Shown in pieces: positions 38,870 to 51,608 of a stretch of DNA of 64,000 nucleotides. Numbering within the stretch: position 1 is the first letter of the stretch; each line of letters opens with the position of its first letter. Position numbers and translations under genes: made by a program. The notes under the pieces are model-generated. The model was not told the DNA's origin, did not search any database, and saw only the letters and a program-made list of their open reading frames with translations. The DNA is from Dicyema japonicum (taxonomy: Eukaryota; Animalia; Dicyemida): NCBI GenBank assembly GCA_011109175.1, contig RDEW01000012.1, positions 846,552 through 910,551 on the forward strand. Direction: 5' to 3'.

Positions 38870-39830
38870 ACAAATTTATTCTTTTATTTAAAACTGCCAT
38901 CTATCCAAAGTGGACCCCACAGATATTATCGAGGTTGCGTTGCCTCTCACGATTGCAACATAGATCAACTGTAGAAGCCACCGGGTCTCACGTGCGTCGT
39001 GGCTTTTTAGTGTAGCTAAGCGTCCAAGTTTCTTTAGGAACCGAAGCGATTTTCCACTTATTCCTCCAGTTGTCTCGACCACTATCGGATAAAACGCGAA
39101 TCGGTCTTTTATCGCTTCGTATTTCTTCTCCTTTTCCCTCATCGTTTTTTCCGCGGAATACAGTATGTCTACCGCGCTCCCGACAATGTTGGACGGGCAA
39201 AGCGTGTCGACACAGGTACGTTCTAGACCAAAAGTTTCCCTTTTGGAATGGAAAAATTGTGATCCCGTCGGGACGTTTTCTGTCTCCTCTGTCCAGGCCG
39301 ACAAATTCTAGTATGGCAAGAAATCCAGCAGACTCCAGGGCTCGCTTGACAATTTTGTTGATCGCTTTGTGTCTTGGGAGTCGTCTTGCACTTCTTCGAC
39401 ACAAGAGGTCATCATGTCCATAAAACTCTATGATGGCGCCACATCGACATTTGTGAGTCTGGCGAATCTTCAGTCCAAGTCTGGTGGAAATTCCGATGCG
39501 GATAGTGTTGTTGTCAAAGTGGGTTCCGACAGTACCAACGGAAAATGCATTGATCCAAGCCCCATCCACTCGCATATTCAAGTGACTAGACAGCCACGTC
39601 TGTGTCGGCTTGATTAGTTCAGAAGCCACTCATATTTATCCTCGCAGATGGTCCTGTAACGGTCTTTCTGCTCAGGCATCATCCCCTTCAAATGCTCCAT
39701 ATCTTTGATTTCAGATGATTCTGTTTGGAGTTGGAGAATCATCCTGATCAGCAGTCGGCTGGAGCCCAAAGAGGATAGATACGCAGGGGAAGCCAGATCT
39801 TTTAATGTTATATTTTTCACTAAAAATAGT
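38870..39830 (-). mobile_element. CRE-like RLE retroelement, 5'-truncated, frameshifted
   Basis: AWINAF..GT.GT.FD, CRCG, RHKAIN, KRPDG, TCVDT, VETTGG and AIVRGNA motifs. Confidence 0.9.
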
Positions 39831-40253
39831 AGTTTTTATTTTGAACCAAAATCGCAAGGACCCTAGGGTATACGACTATTTGCAATCAACTTATCTTAAA
39901 ATCATATAAACTATATGTGCAATTTTGACAGGTGATCCTCTGACTTTTTTAAGTTTGAACTGATCATGATTCGGGACCGCATCCTGCTCACATCTACACT
40001 TAGTTTGTTCATAAGTACTTATCCAGTCTTTAACAAAAGAAGACAGACAAGGGCCTTCATTAATCATACACCAAATGAACTTTATTACTTGGTTTTATTA
40101 TTTATTATTTGTTTATTAAAAAATTATAATTTTTTTAAAAATTTCCTGGTTTCTTCAATTTGACAAACAAATTCTAAATTCCATCGTTTTTAAGTAAATA
40201 ATATTTTATTCGAAAACACAGACATTAGAAACAAGTAATAGTCCAGATGCCTG

Positions 40254-40354
40254 TAACCATAACCACCCGTTCAGCCGACCACGGAAGTTAACCGGTTATA
40301 GGCTGTATTAGTACTTGTCTGTGTACCGCCTGTGAATTCACAGTGTCGTACGTT
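40254..40354 (+). rRNA. 5S rRNA-derived sequence, divergent and apparently 5'-truncated (pseudogene-like), followed by a long oligo(T) run
   Basis: CGGAAGTTAA...TTAGTACTTG...ACCGCCTGTGAA...GTGTCGTACGTTTT is colinear with the 3' two-thirds of eukaryotic 5S. Helix GCTGT/ACAGT is maintained. The expected 5' strand of helix I is missing. Confidence 0.7.
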
Positions 40355-40374
40355 TTTTTTTTTTATTAGTATAA

Positions 40375-40940
40375 ACCAGTGGCATGCGGCTCGCTTAAAT
40401 ATTCTTTGTGTTTCTGAAAAACTTGTTAAATATACTCAAAAAATATATTCAAGTTAGTTGCGATATAATCGAAGAATTTGAAAGACGTTTTAATAATTTA
40501 ACGAATGCCTTGCCAATGATGAAATTATTTTCTACTATAGAAATAGATCCTGCAACCGCTCCAGACGAATTTCTAACTGAGCTCATTGAAATGCAGTCGG
40601 ATATAGAGCTACCCCAATATTTAAGAAAAGTCAACTATTAGAATTTTGGAGTAGAACTTCAATTTTAAAATACCCAAATTTGGTTACGAATGCGTATAAA
40701 ATGCGTCTATTTGGATCAACGTATGTTTGTGAAGCTCTGTTCAGCAGACTTCAGGGATCAAAACCAAATTTTGCAACCAATTAACTGAACATCTTATGCA
40801 CTCTTACGTACGTCGTCATCAAAACTGAGTCCCTGTTTTGAAAGAACAGTAGAAGGAAAGCAGATTCAATTCTCACATTAATTTTATTTTTTTTATTTTT
40901 TAGTTAATAAAGTTTATTTTTCTTAATAAAATTTTTGCGG
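40375..40940 (+). mobile_element. hAT (SPIN/GTF2IRD2-like) C-terminal dimerisation-domain fragment
   Basis: EEFERRF, ELIEMQSD, LEFW, YPNL, FGSTYVCEALFS and SSKLSP across shifted frames. Confidence 0.85.
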
Positions 40941-41329
40941 CCTGTGAACCAACCTTCCGTAGTCCATCCAGATCCTCTCCTTCTCTGAGGCGTATCCCGA
41001 TCTTTAAGAAACCTCGAGGTCGTTTATTGTGACTAAAGTTCTATTTTGCCACATCCACGTATCTGTTCCTGTTCGCAATAATTAAATCGTCAGTGTAGAA
41101 GTATTGAATCCTACAGGGCAGGCTTTCAAGAAGAGCAAGCAACGCCTCACGTTTCGAGTCGAGGTGTACCATCCAGGCATACAAGTTTACTAAATGGGGA
41201 AGAGAAAATGGTTCTTTTCGGTGTCTATTCGCATTGAATGCCACCACATAAGGTGAACTACCTGCCACGCTAACATTCAACAATTTCTTTATCACTTTTG
41301 CCCGGTTAAGAATTATTTTTATTAAATTA

Positions 41330-41470
41330 AATTAAATTCCAAAGACCACTGTTAAACCGAAAAAACTAAACTAAGTGATCTCGACGAACAGGATCAAGAC
41401 TCTTATCTTTTCTTGGTGTTGATCCCTTGAGCCTACACAAGTTCGTTGCGGACGAGCACTTTCTTTTTGG
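41330..41470 (-). mobile_element. LINE 3' end, ...FVEIT* subfamily
   Basis: RPQRTCVGSRDQHQEKIRVLILFVEIT* plus a short tail. Confidence 0.65.
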
Positions 41471-42639
41471 CATTGGTGTCCATTTTTGTTTAAAAAATGT
41501 TTTGCTATACTAAATTATAATTTATTAATATTTATATAAATAATTGTTAATCGTCTACTTCTATTCCATTTCGCCCCCTGAAAGCGATTTTCTTGAAAAC
41601 GCCCACATAAAATTCCACAGGGACTAATATATTCCTCTATTAGCAGCAATCAATTACTATTTGATGGGAAAAGCTTATCGACCACCAATAAACAGTAACT
41701 AATAATAGACTACAGATATTAGAAGGGATCGAGAATCACCCCCAATATCACGAGACCAATGTTGCGAAGGAACCATTGTCTCGTCCCAAGTTGACTCCTC
41801 TCACAAGCCAGAAGGTTCCTTCTCAATGAACCACAGCATCCTGGACCTCCAAGGTCTCAACGGAGGTAGATTATGGCTTTCTGTAAACATTTCCAAGCCT
41901 ACGTAAGACATTATCCCCAACAATTCTTTGTACACATAAAAAATAGTTATGACGCATTTATCGACTATAAATTTTTATTTGGCTATTAAACCAAAAAAGC
42001 CACATGGTAGAGTTTGTATTATTCCCTTAGCCAACAAGTGAACGAAAGAGTAGTCAGTTGCGGAATAACTCAATCAGTTTGGTCAAGAAAATAAGAAATT
42101 CAGAGTCCGAGCGAGAAATCCAGTTAGACTTGATGAAGAAAAATATCCAATTTGCAGATAAGAACATTGCCCTTTTACAAAAAATTCAGGAAAATAGAAG
42201 CATTTACCGCAAAAACGAATCTATTTGAAAAAGGGCTAAATTAAATAACTTTATTAACCAAACTAACTCTACTACACGATTATTTGCTTCCTGATATGTC
42301 TTCCAGATTCGGGTAATAGTGCTTTATGACGGAGTGAAGGAGTTCACGTGGCTGATTTAAGTCCAGACAAATCCACGACGGCATGGAAGTTATTTTCCTG
42401 TCTTTTTAATTCCCGCCAAATCCCTTTCCAAACGATACAATTATGGTGGAGAATGAAGTGAGGGCATTTAGGCTATCAAAGTTGACGCTATTTTTCAGAA
42501 ACTCCATAAAGTTCTATAATTATTAATATTAAACCAAAAATTACGTATTTATCGATTATCGTGACTATCTGGCTGAAGCCTTCGAGTCTGATGACATTGG
42601 CGGGGGGAAGTTATATACAGCATTGAGGTATTCAGAGTG

Positions 42640-43130
42640 AATGAAAATAGAGAAATTCGTGCAATTTTGTAGGAAGACTCGGTTGAGGTCATTGTATATT
42701 CTCAGACCTTCTATAAATGAGTGGTTGTACCCTTCCCCAGCTTTTCGGTTATTTGCTTCACTATCGGGATTCTCATCCCCGGCAGGGAATTCGGGGAAAT
42801 CCTCATCGTTTCATACAAAACAACGGAAAAACCGCTTTTATCTACAATCAAGTGCTTTGGGCTGATATTGTCGAAATTTTTGACGTTTTTTTCAAATTCG
42901 TTGTAGGAAAGTCTGCACCAGGATAGCTCACTTGGGGCAACTGGAGCTGTAGACTCGTATTGTAGGCTAAAATGACCCCAATTACTACAATCAGCTAGCA
43001 TGTAATGGGAGAGATTAAAACACACGTATTCGCACACATCGACTACGGGAAACTTGTGTTTACATAAGCAGATCACGTCCTCAATTGAGGTTATTCGCCA
43101 ATGGGTTTGAAGGGACCTCAGCAACTGGTA
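42640..43130 (-). mobile_element. Possible degenerate Ty3/Gypsy RT fragment
   Basis: HKFPVVDV...LADCSNWGHFSL..ES...W.RLSY...FSVVLY loosely follows the Gypsy RT motif order. YxDD is not intact. Confidence 0.3.
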
Positions 43131-44289
43131 TTAGTAAAACTGTACTAGTTTCATGTTTTTTATATCCTGGGAACATTTTAGGCATTCCTCATAAATGCTC
43201 TCTGGGTAGTGCTCATTCTCTATATAAAAGCTATTCATGCCGGATTCCGGTGAAATCGCGGTATTTTATATTTATCAGTCCTACATCGCGACAAATTTGT
43301 GTTAATAAAATCAGGAGTTTCTCGGCCGGTTTACGTTACTTGCTGTCGAGACAACTGAGCGATATACGAAAGTCTGTCTTTCCTCAAATGCCTGTGACGT
43401 ATGAGCACTCTCACCCACAAAGCCCGGTGACTCCTCCATTTGACAGGTGATAGTATCGTGAGAGTCAGCACCTGTTCGATTATGTGGGGGATAAAATTTA
43501 GTGCATATTAATAATATTGGGAGTTTTAAGATAATAAGTGGTTAAATCAATGTTTTTCAATTATAACAACAATTTTACCATGAATTATTTTTAGAAACGT
43601 GATGGGCTCAATTGTATTATTGTCTAATATTAGTCCGGAATATTCCCTAAGTAGTGAGATTCAAAGTCATCTTTTAATGGACACAGTTACTTTTAATTGG
43701 AGACTAAACCCTTTGCTCAATCTACCATTTAAACAGGATCTCTTGGATGGAAGCCTACTACTGCAAAAACTGGACGTCTCTTTCCCTTTTTTATGTTTCT
43801 TGGAGGTGCACCTGCAGGAACTAGACAGACTTGTGGACTTTGAATGACTTGTCTCTTAGTGACCGCAATAACTGTGTCCACATAATTAGTTAGCTTCTTT
43901 ATCGTGTACTAATGGATTAATTAATTCAAAGTAGAGTAATGGCTAGGTACTAAGTTTTGTCTCTCAGCCAAGGTTATGAGATTTATGTCGAGCCTGAATG
44001 CAAGATTGAGTCGCAGACCTGATACATCCTTGTCAATCAATGTCAAAATTAAAATTAATAAATTAATACAAAGAAAAGATCCCAAAGACACGGGTCCGGA
44101 CTCAAAATCCCCGAAGACACAACAAAACAAAGTAATTGGGATAACATTGTCTGCTCCAAAATTTTGGAAGACCTTAAAAAAGAAGCAAATCAACATCGTC
44201 TGGCTTGTTTGTGTCAGCTTCAAGTGGAGGGAGTGGAGCATGGCTTGGTGCAATACCTTGCCTAAACCTTGGGACCTTTTGATAAAGCA

Positions 44290-44696
44290 CCTTAAATGTT
44301 ATAGTAAGTACCTTTTGAGTCAATTGAATCTATCCAATCTACTAGGTTTTCATCAAGCTCCGAGTATTTTAATTTTTTACATGTTTTTAGTTTAGGATTT
44401 CTGTTCTTAAACTGAAATAAAAGCGAGTCTGCATTCATTAATGTTGCATTGACTGTCCTTCTTGAGATTCTCTTTTTAAAAATAAAAGAAATCTGTTGCA
44501 TATCGTCTGACATGAAGCTGATTTATTGGTTTCTTTATACCGAAATATTTCCGCTTTTTGAGCAATTGAAAGTCTGGTGTAGCCTCCAACAAGAGCATTC
44601 CGATCCATGCTTGCTTTAAATTATTTAAATTTTTAAAAATGTTGGCAAATTTCAGAATTAGCAAATTTAAGAGTGGCATATTGAGAGAGTTTACTG
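44290..44696 (-). mobile_element. pogo/Tigger-type Tc1-mariner 5' fragment with TIR
   Basis: TA|CAGTAAACTCTCTC terminus at 44696-44698. KLKYSELDENLVDWI is a CENP-B-type HTH segment. Confidence 0.7.
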
Positions 44697-44979
44697 TATA
44701 TTTTATAAATAATATTATTATTCATTATTAAAACAGCTTTTGTAGTAAGTTGGGTTTTTACAAAATTTAGTTTTCGTTGGGAAGAGGAAATGATGTTGCT
44801 GGCATGTTATCTGAAGGTCATAGGGGGTTCGTATATGATCCCCAGTATTTTGATAGAGTTAGTGGTGGGGATTGACGTTTCATTAAGGTCAAAAAGATCC
44901 AAGTTCCCGTAATGCTAATCCATGACTTGATCCAAAATTCACGCAACTCTCCTTCCAAAGGATAGCCTATGTATCCTCC

Positions 44980-45600
44980 ATTTGAAACACCTCGTACCTA
45001 GTGGACTCAATGCTCTTAAGGCCATTTATGAATTCTCAATCAACTCATGTTTATTCTTACATTATGCAAGAAATCGATAATCATCCCTGTACTCAAAAAC
45101 AACAAGGATTCCTCCTACAGACCTATTTCGTCAGTTGTATCAAAGATTTTGAACGAGATTTCAGACTACCTCTATGTTTTCATTCCCAAATGTCCCAATT
45201 CCGCAACCTACCCAAAGGTCTCCCACGGGGATCCGTTCTCTCACCACCACTTTTAACCTATACCTCAGCGACATCCCAATGACCAAGAAAACGATCCTCC
45301 TATCATACTCCGATGATATTATTATTGCATCCAAGGATAAAAGCAATTGGTATCTGTAATGTCTAATTCTGACTTTATGGTGACAAACTGGATGTATCCA
45401 TCCACGTCGAAATCCTTACACAGCATCGTTCGGTAAGGAAACATTTCAAAGTAACAACGTATTTATCACCATTCCACTATCAACTCTTAAATTTATTAAT
45501 CAGAAATTACTGTCATAGCCAGAATGAGAAAATTCAGGTGATCCAGGCCTCCCTCAGCACTCTTCGCAAACTCATTGGTTGAACAGTAATAGCTTACAAT
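44980..45600 (+). mobile_element. LINE RT fragment with internal deletions
   Basis: IIIPVLK..SYRPIS, GLPRGSVLSP and YSDDIII are compressed into ~300 bp. Confidence 0.8.
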
Positions 45601-46469
45601 CCTTGTGAGAGGATTGGACATCATCTTTGTGTGAAAGCCTTTATGAATAATTTCATTTTCCAAGAAAATATTTTTAATATCCCCACTGTTTTATGTGGTC
45701 CGTAACGAAATCCATCTGGAATCCTGGTTATAGAAAATGGCGCGAGGAAAAGATGAAAATTAATCAGATTGGCTGATATGAAGCAGGATTTCTCAAACTT
45801 CAGTATTAAAGAGATAAGTGTCCCCTTCCAATTTTTTGTGGTAAGTGTGCCCTTCCAAGTTTATAAGCCACTAAAATGTCAAGTGAGAGATTGTATCTTC
45901 AATCCGACTTCACAAGCATGTTTCTATGAGAATACTTTTTGATAAGGGACTCTCCTTGTTTATGGGAATGCACTTTGATGCGCCGGCGTCAGCAGTAGGT
46001 CTTGAAACTGTTGGCCGTGTATTGCTTCATGAGTAGATTAGGGTATACATGACACATGTACTCTGTGAAGACCCGTCTTGTCTCATCTACACCCACTGAA
46101 AGATAAAATTGATTGGAGAAGGAAACCCTAGATTCGTCCATGAATGATCCACTTAGATTTCAGAAAGAAGAGTCCAAGGATCTTCCTTCTAGTTGACATT
46201 CAGTTGACAAACTTGGGCCAAATTGGGTTCAAGTCATGCTAATTGGAGAATAATTAAAAGAGTGGATATTGTGTCTTCAATAAATGCAATTCCAAGAATA
46301 ACGAAAACCACCAATTTTTAAATCGAAATTGGAGAAACCTCGCAGATTAACAAGGAACTGTCACTCAGTCTCTCTGAACGTGTATCTACGAAGATCACAT
46401 AAATTATTTCTTGGCTAAACCATCTGTGCCCTCTAGTCCATGTGAAATTAGTGGAGATGGCAACCAAAG

Positions 46470-46660
46470 AGTTTGGTGGGTGGTTTGAAGATAGTGATAT
46501 TGAATGCCCACTCTTTAAGGAAAAGACACGTTGATTTAGCACTCCTTGAGGCGGTTTCAAAGGTCGACATTCTCGTGGTGAATGAAACAAAATTGAAGAA
46601 GGTTAATTGCTCCACATTAGAGGAACACCAATCAGTGGATATAAGTAGAGACTGATCTCA
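46470..46660 (+). mobile_element. LINE APE endonuclease N-terminal fragment
   Basis: IVILNAHSL...DILVVNETKL. Confidence 0.65.
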
Positions 46661-47099
46661 TGTAGACTAAAATCTGAGCAAAGGGATGTTTTCAAACCAT
46701 AATATTGTGTCGTCTATTAAACCATAGGAATTGCCTAAGATCCAAGTTGAGACGATATGTGAACTGTAAGGATATGGAGATCTAATAGAATCGGGATGAT
46801 TAAAAGAACCATTGACAGAATACTAAGGGATGAAACAGGACGAGAGTGAAAGGTTGAAGGTGGTAGGTTTTTGGCAAAGTGATCTCCATTCAGTAGAAGC
46901 ATATTCCACATCCGATGCTATGGTTTGTCGGTATAGTTGTTGGATGGATTCCTCAAGATTGAAAAAAGTACTCTTGACAAGTTCAAATCATTTACTTTTC
47001 ATGGGTAGTAAACTTCATCAGTCTGTCGTATGTACTCAGAGAATTATAAGCGAGTTCAATGAGGGTGCTCTTACCAATGAACTCAATCTTCTGACATGC

Positions 47100-47300
47100 T
47101 AATTCATTAATTTATTAACCCCGGATGCACTGAAAAATAAGTTAACAGCAAACAACTAAGCATAACAGGTAAAAGACGTCCATTCCTTGCAGTTGGAGTA
47201 GCACCTTAGTGGAGTAAGAGAGAGAGAATGATCTTTTTTCGAGCTAGCCTGGCACTGGGCGCCACCTGAGACAGGTGGATCACATGACGTCACTTTAGTA
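47100..47300 (-). mobile_element. LINE 3' remnant (related to 62940-63090)
   Basis: Shares GGTAAAAGACGTCCAT..TGCAGTTG and the CCCCGGAT.CAC tail with the 62940 copy. Confidence 0.5.
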
Positions 47301-47439
47301 GGAAGGGGAACAGACGAAACAACAGAAAACTTCAACCAATTAGCCACCTACAAAATTATTGCATACTAACCACTAAGCTATCAAGATTTTGTGCTAATTT
47401 AATGTGTTTAAATTATCAGAGCAGTCAGCGGTTGCTAAC

Positions 47440-47680
47440 TGTTAGTTTTTGCGTTTAAATATCCGACAAAATGGAAAGGGATTTGCAACCTTGTGCAGTA
47501 AGTGCAACTCTCAACAATACACGTGTCTTATGAGAATGGTATACATCACCCCTCTCCATTTCCTATTCCCCAAACCACCCAGCCCACAGAGAAGTTGTGT
47601 TGGATCCCAGAAGGCGCACGGGGAGAGAACGAGAATTCTGATTGAGGCCTATGAGATCACTTAATTAATTTAGTAATTAA
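47440..47680 (+). mobile_element. LINE 3' end, ...YEIT* subfamily
   Basis: PQRSCVGSQKAHGERTRILIEAYEIT*. Confidence 0.6.
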
Positions 47681-48820
47681 ATTAACTATTGGTGTTCTTG
47701 GATTAATACTTTCTCAAATGCGAATCTGCTCAAATCATCGCGGTGCACAGGTTCCGCAGCGAATACTGCCAAAGATTCTAAAAGGAGGAAATACTGTGGC
47801 ATTGAGGATCGGTTTGTCTTCCAGCCGATCTCAGTTGAAACGTCTGACGTCCCTTGCCCCACCACATAAAAGTTTATCAAGTTGATCGGACGACTCGCAT
47901 GACTGTGTAAGCAAGAGCCTAGAATGACACGATGGCTCTTATAGAACATTGGGGTCGCAATCATGAGGAGTAACTCCAATTGCATACTCATTGGAAGAAG
48001 AGGAAAGTGTGCTACCCAGAGAAGTTGGTTGGTCAGTATTTCTGTATGATGTTTTTGTGATCGTCAAAAAGCCCATCTTGAGTCGTTAGGTTGACTTGAT
48101 AGCAGAATTGTGTACTTTGCATTCACATCATTAGTGATTAATTACATATAAGAAAGTTGTTCAGACAAGACTGATAGGGTTATTTTTATTTATCTCCGGT
48201 CCCTTCAAGTGAAGGAAACCAGTAGCAACGTCAAATCTATTTCTGACATATTAACCACTATTAATTTAAATTGTTGAAACTAGCTTGTTAATAATTTTAT
48301 GATTGAACTAATTAGTTATCGATTTATTAAACAATTTTATTGTTTAGTAACAACTAGGTTCTAGAAATTAATAGTTAGGGAGTTTGAATGGTCTTGCTGT
48401 TTCCTCTGACGATTGCTAAGCCATCCAGTTTCATGTGGATCCTTGGTGACTCCTTAGATCATTGAGCCGATCCGACGGACTGGGTCAATTGGTAGCATGC
48501 CATGAAACACTGATGTCCAATAAAGGAAAAGGGGTGTTTATGACATTTTTACTCGCATTCGATAAAACTGATAAAACTCTTTATGATGCACTTTCGCAGG
48601 AGCCATGGTACTTAAGCTCTGCATAGAAAGGATACACACTTTATTAGAGTAAAGAATAGTTGTTTAAATAATCGTTGAAAGGGAGACAAGGAATGTTCTT
48701 TAACTTTGTTGCGTGTGAGTCCTTGTAGAAGATCAGATTCCGCAGTTAAGTTTTCACTGATGACGTCATCACTCGTTGAACCCAAAGCGTCGTATATGGG
48801 TGGAACCTTAAGTCGGAATG

Positions 48821-48891
48821 TACAGTAGTGAGATTCGAACCCGGGACCATCAAAATTTGTCTAGCACTTATGACGCTAAAACTACACTGCC
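48821..48891 (-). ncRNA. Degenerate tRNA-like sequence (pseudo-tRNA or SINE head); copies at 52875-52943 and 56916-56983
   Basis: GGCAGTGTAG...GGTCCCGGGTTCGAATC has a B-box and partial acceptor stem. T-stem and anticodon arm are mispaired. Confidence 0.55.
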
Positions 48892-50129
48892 ATTATACAT
48901 ACAATTTTGAAAGCACCCATCCTTAATTAAAAATATGCTTTCTCTTTTAATTGATTAATCCATTATTATGCAACTTTTTGTGGTTTTCGCGGAAAAAATT
49001 TTATTGGTTTTGGAAAAACACTTAAATTGTGAGAAGCATATTTCAACGGATCTGAAGATGGCTGAGAATACTTCTGTAGATTATTGATAGAATTAACCTG
49101 GAATTTAGAATATTATTTGAAATAGCGCATATACTTTTAGGTAATGTCAACTGATCTCAGGCAACAGAACAATAACTCCCCGACACATTGGCTCCTAACA
49201 ACCTATTTCATAGTGCCCATTCATTTTGTGTATAGCAGCGCTTCCCCATTCGTTTTGAGTTCGCACTCCCAAAAAATTTAAGATCTAACCTCGGACCCCC
49301 GATTTTAAATCTAACAGAATTCGAATTTTATTCAAAAAAATTAGTTAGGTTCTTTGAGACTTATTTTACTTTTAAGTTTTATTTCTTCTAAACGCGGTTT
49401 TTGTCTGCTAGTGCAATTCTGAGATCTTTTCAGGATTAAGAGCGTTTCCTTACTTATTCTTCATATATAGTAGATATGAAAATCAGATTCAGTTGCAATT
49501 GGAACCAGAACTTGCAGTGCGTTTTGCAAGGTTATCCTCATCTCTATCCCCCATCTTCTCTACTTTGAAAGCAAATGGGTCAACAATACAGGAATCAGAA
49601 TCCTTTAGCCTTCAAACATTCAAGATCATTTCCAATTTTAACTAATGCGTATCAGTCAAAAAAGGTCATTTTTTTTAATTCAGTTTCTATGTGCTGACAT
49701 TCTTTTGCCGCGTTCCTCATCCTTTAAAGTAGACTATCAAATCAGTTGAACATTGATGCGACTATATACATCATTTCTCGTGATCGTGTAAATTTTGTTT
49801 TTTAGCAAACTATGGAACCTGTCACGGCCAAAATGATTCGAATTATGCTGAGCCTATGATTGTCAGTTAATATAGATACATCAATCATTTTTATCTTCAA
49901 TTCAATGAGAAAGAACCGTAATTTTTGATTTCCCACGTACATGTACACTTCAGACTCCTAAAACGTGATATTCTTTGAGAGGGAGCGCATGTATCTTTCC
50001 TTTCTATCAAGCGTCTCAGAAATGGTCTTATTGGTTTTATTTTTTGAATATATCATCTCGAAAGAGTGATATGATTTTTCCAATGAATTTTATGAAAAGA
50101 CCCACAAAAGACACTTGCCCGTGTCCTAT

Positions 50130-51330
50130 AATTTATTATTATTTATTTAATAACCGCGAGAAGGGAACACCAAGAAAGAAGGAGTAAACCAACTAATTAA
50201 GTTATCCCGGTACACCTCAAAAGGATCGAGAGGTTTTTCCTGTGTTCCTCCAGAGTACCCACGGCTTTCCTGAATAGACGACGATCACCTTTCATTAAAA
50301 TTTGAAGAGAGGTGGGTTTTTTTCCCAATTTACGTGTATTTGAGGCCTCTAGCTTTGAATGAGGAAACTACTTGTTTCTTAGCCACACAGACCGATGAAG
50401 CTGGAGCCATTATTTTTGATTGCGACGTGGTCAAGCATTGGGGGGAAAGCTTCTGATATAAATTGAGACAGTGAAGTCAAATGTGTAGTAGTTGAACGCT
50501 CACATTTGAAACCATGTTGAAAGTGGCAGTCTGGCAAATGGGGTTTAATTTTCCAGAGTACGAGTTTCTCCATTAGGCGCGATAATGCGCACGTTAATGA
50601 ATTTGGAGGGTAGGAAGAAGTTAAGGTTTTCGGTTTTCCTTTTTGAGTTATTGAATCGACTCAGTTTTAATCGGATTATGATTACTGTGAAAATCGTAGG
50701 AGACGTTCCATGAATTCATCGGGGCAATCATAAAGGAAGCAAAGGATATGTCGGGGGAGGTTGGGTTATCATTTCTTCGGACTGGTGTCCTTGTGAAAAT
50801 GTTCGGGTGATTCAGAATCACCATTTTTTCGAAAAAGTCGATAATTAAACTCCCCTCCACCTCTTGTCTGCCGACTGGGTACTGAACTTTGCGGATGTTT
50901 GGGGTTAAATCCCCACATAGTGACACATTTAGAATTTCTTGTAGTTTGTCGAGCTTCGGAACATAGTTATTAGGACAGGATCCCGGCGGTGGAATGAAAT
51001 GTTGATTAGAATAAGATGTTCTGTCCATTAATAGAAATTTGTTCCGCGGTCCTGTCGTGTAGAATTAAATTATCCACTTGCAAGCTCACATCATGGAAGG
51101 ATAAACCGTTTTTAATAATGGTCAGTAAGCCGCCATCACGGTCTTTTCTGATAGTCCAATAATTTGAAGATAATATAGACAGTTTTATTATTTTTAATTT
51201 ACTATTAATGTGAGTACTAAAGTTTTATTAGAAAAATATCATCCACAACAATGTTCTAACAGCTTTGAGGTGTAAAAGCACGAGGTATACACCTCAGAAA
51301 GAACCCCAGTAACGTCTCTTATTAGTTTAA
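50130..51330 (-). mobile_element. Internally deleted LINE (EN + RT fragment + 3' end); copies ~54180-55390 and ~58220-59420
   Basis: RKDRDGG, SPDISF and HSNHNPI (APE), then SLTCALSRLMEK...QHGFK, then directly the LDH.AIKNNGS...GIT* terminus and tail. Confidence 0.85.
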
Positions 51331-51608
51331 GGTATTATTTCGTCAGGACTTTGTTGTACGAATTAATTGATTATCTTAGATACGAATTGATTTCATTTGC
51401 AGCACAGCAGGCTTTCAAATTTGGAAAACCCAAATCCAAAGGTTCCAATATCTAGAAAGAGGGGGCACATATAGAACAAGAGAAAGAAACGGTGTTGATT
51501 CTACCCCATCCTGGGCCTTATCTTCACACGTAGTTGACAGTTGTTTTGAATCCATGGAGATGTCTACTGAATCCACCATTCGACTAGGTTAGGATACGGG
51601 AGATAATA

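Noticed and set aside
41041-41295. IS1 InsB-like look of LLALLESLPCRIQYFYTDD
   Set aside because: The match is short, with no IS1 termini or other motifs, and the opposite strand resembles a decayed LINE RT segment.
48758-48771. 14-bp palindrome TGATGACGTCATCA containing a CRE/ATF site
   Set aside because: Not near a supported gene start; chance occurrence is plausible.
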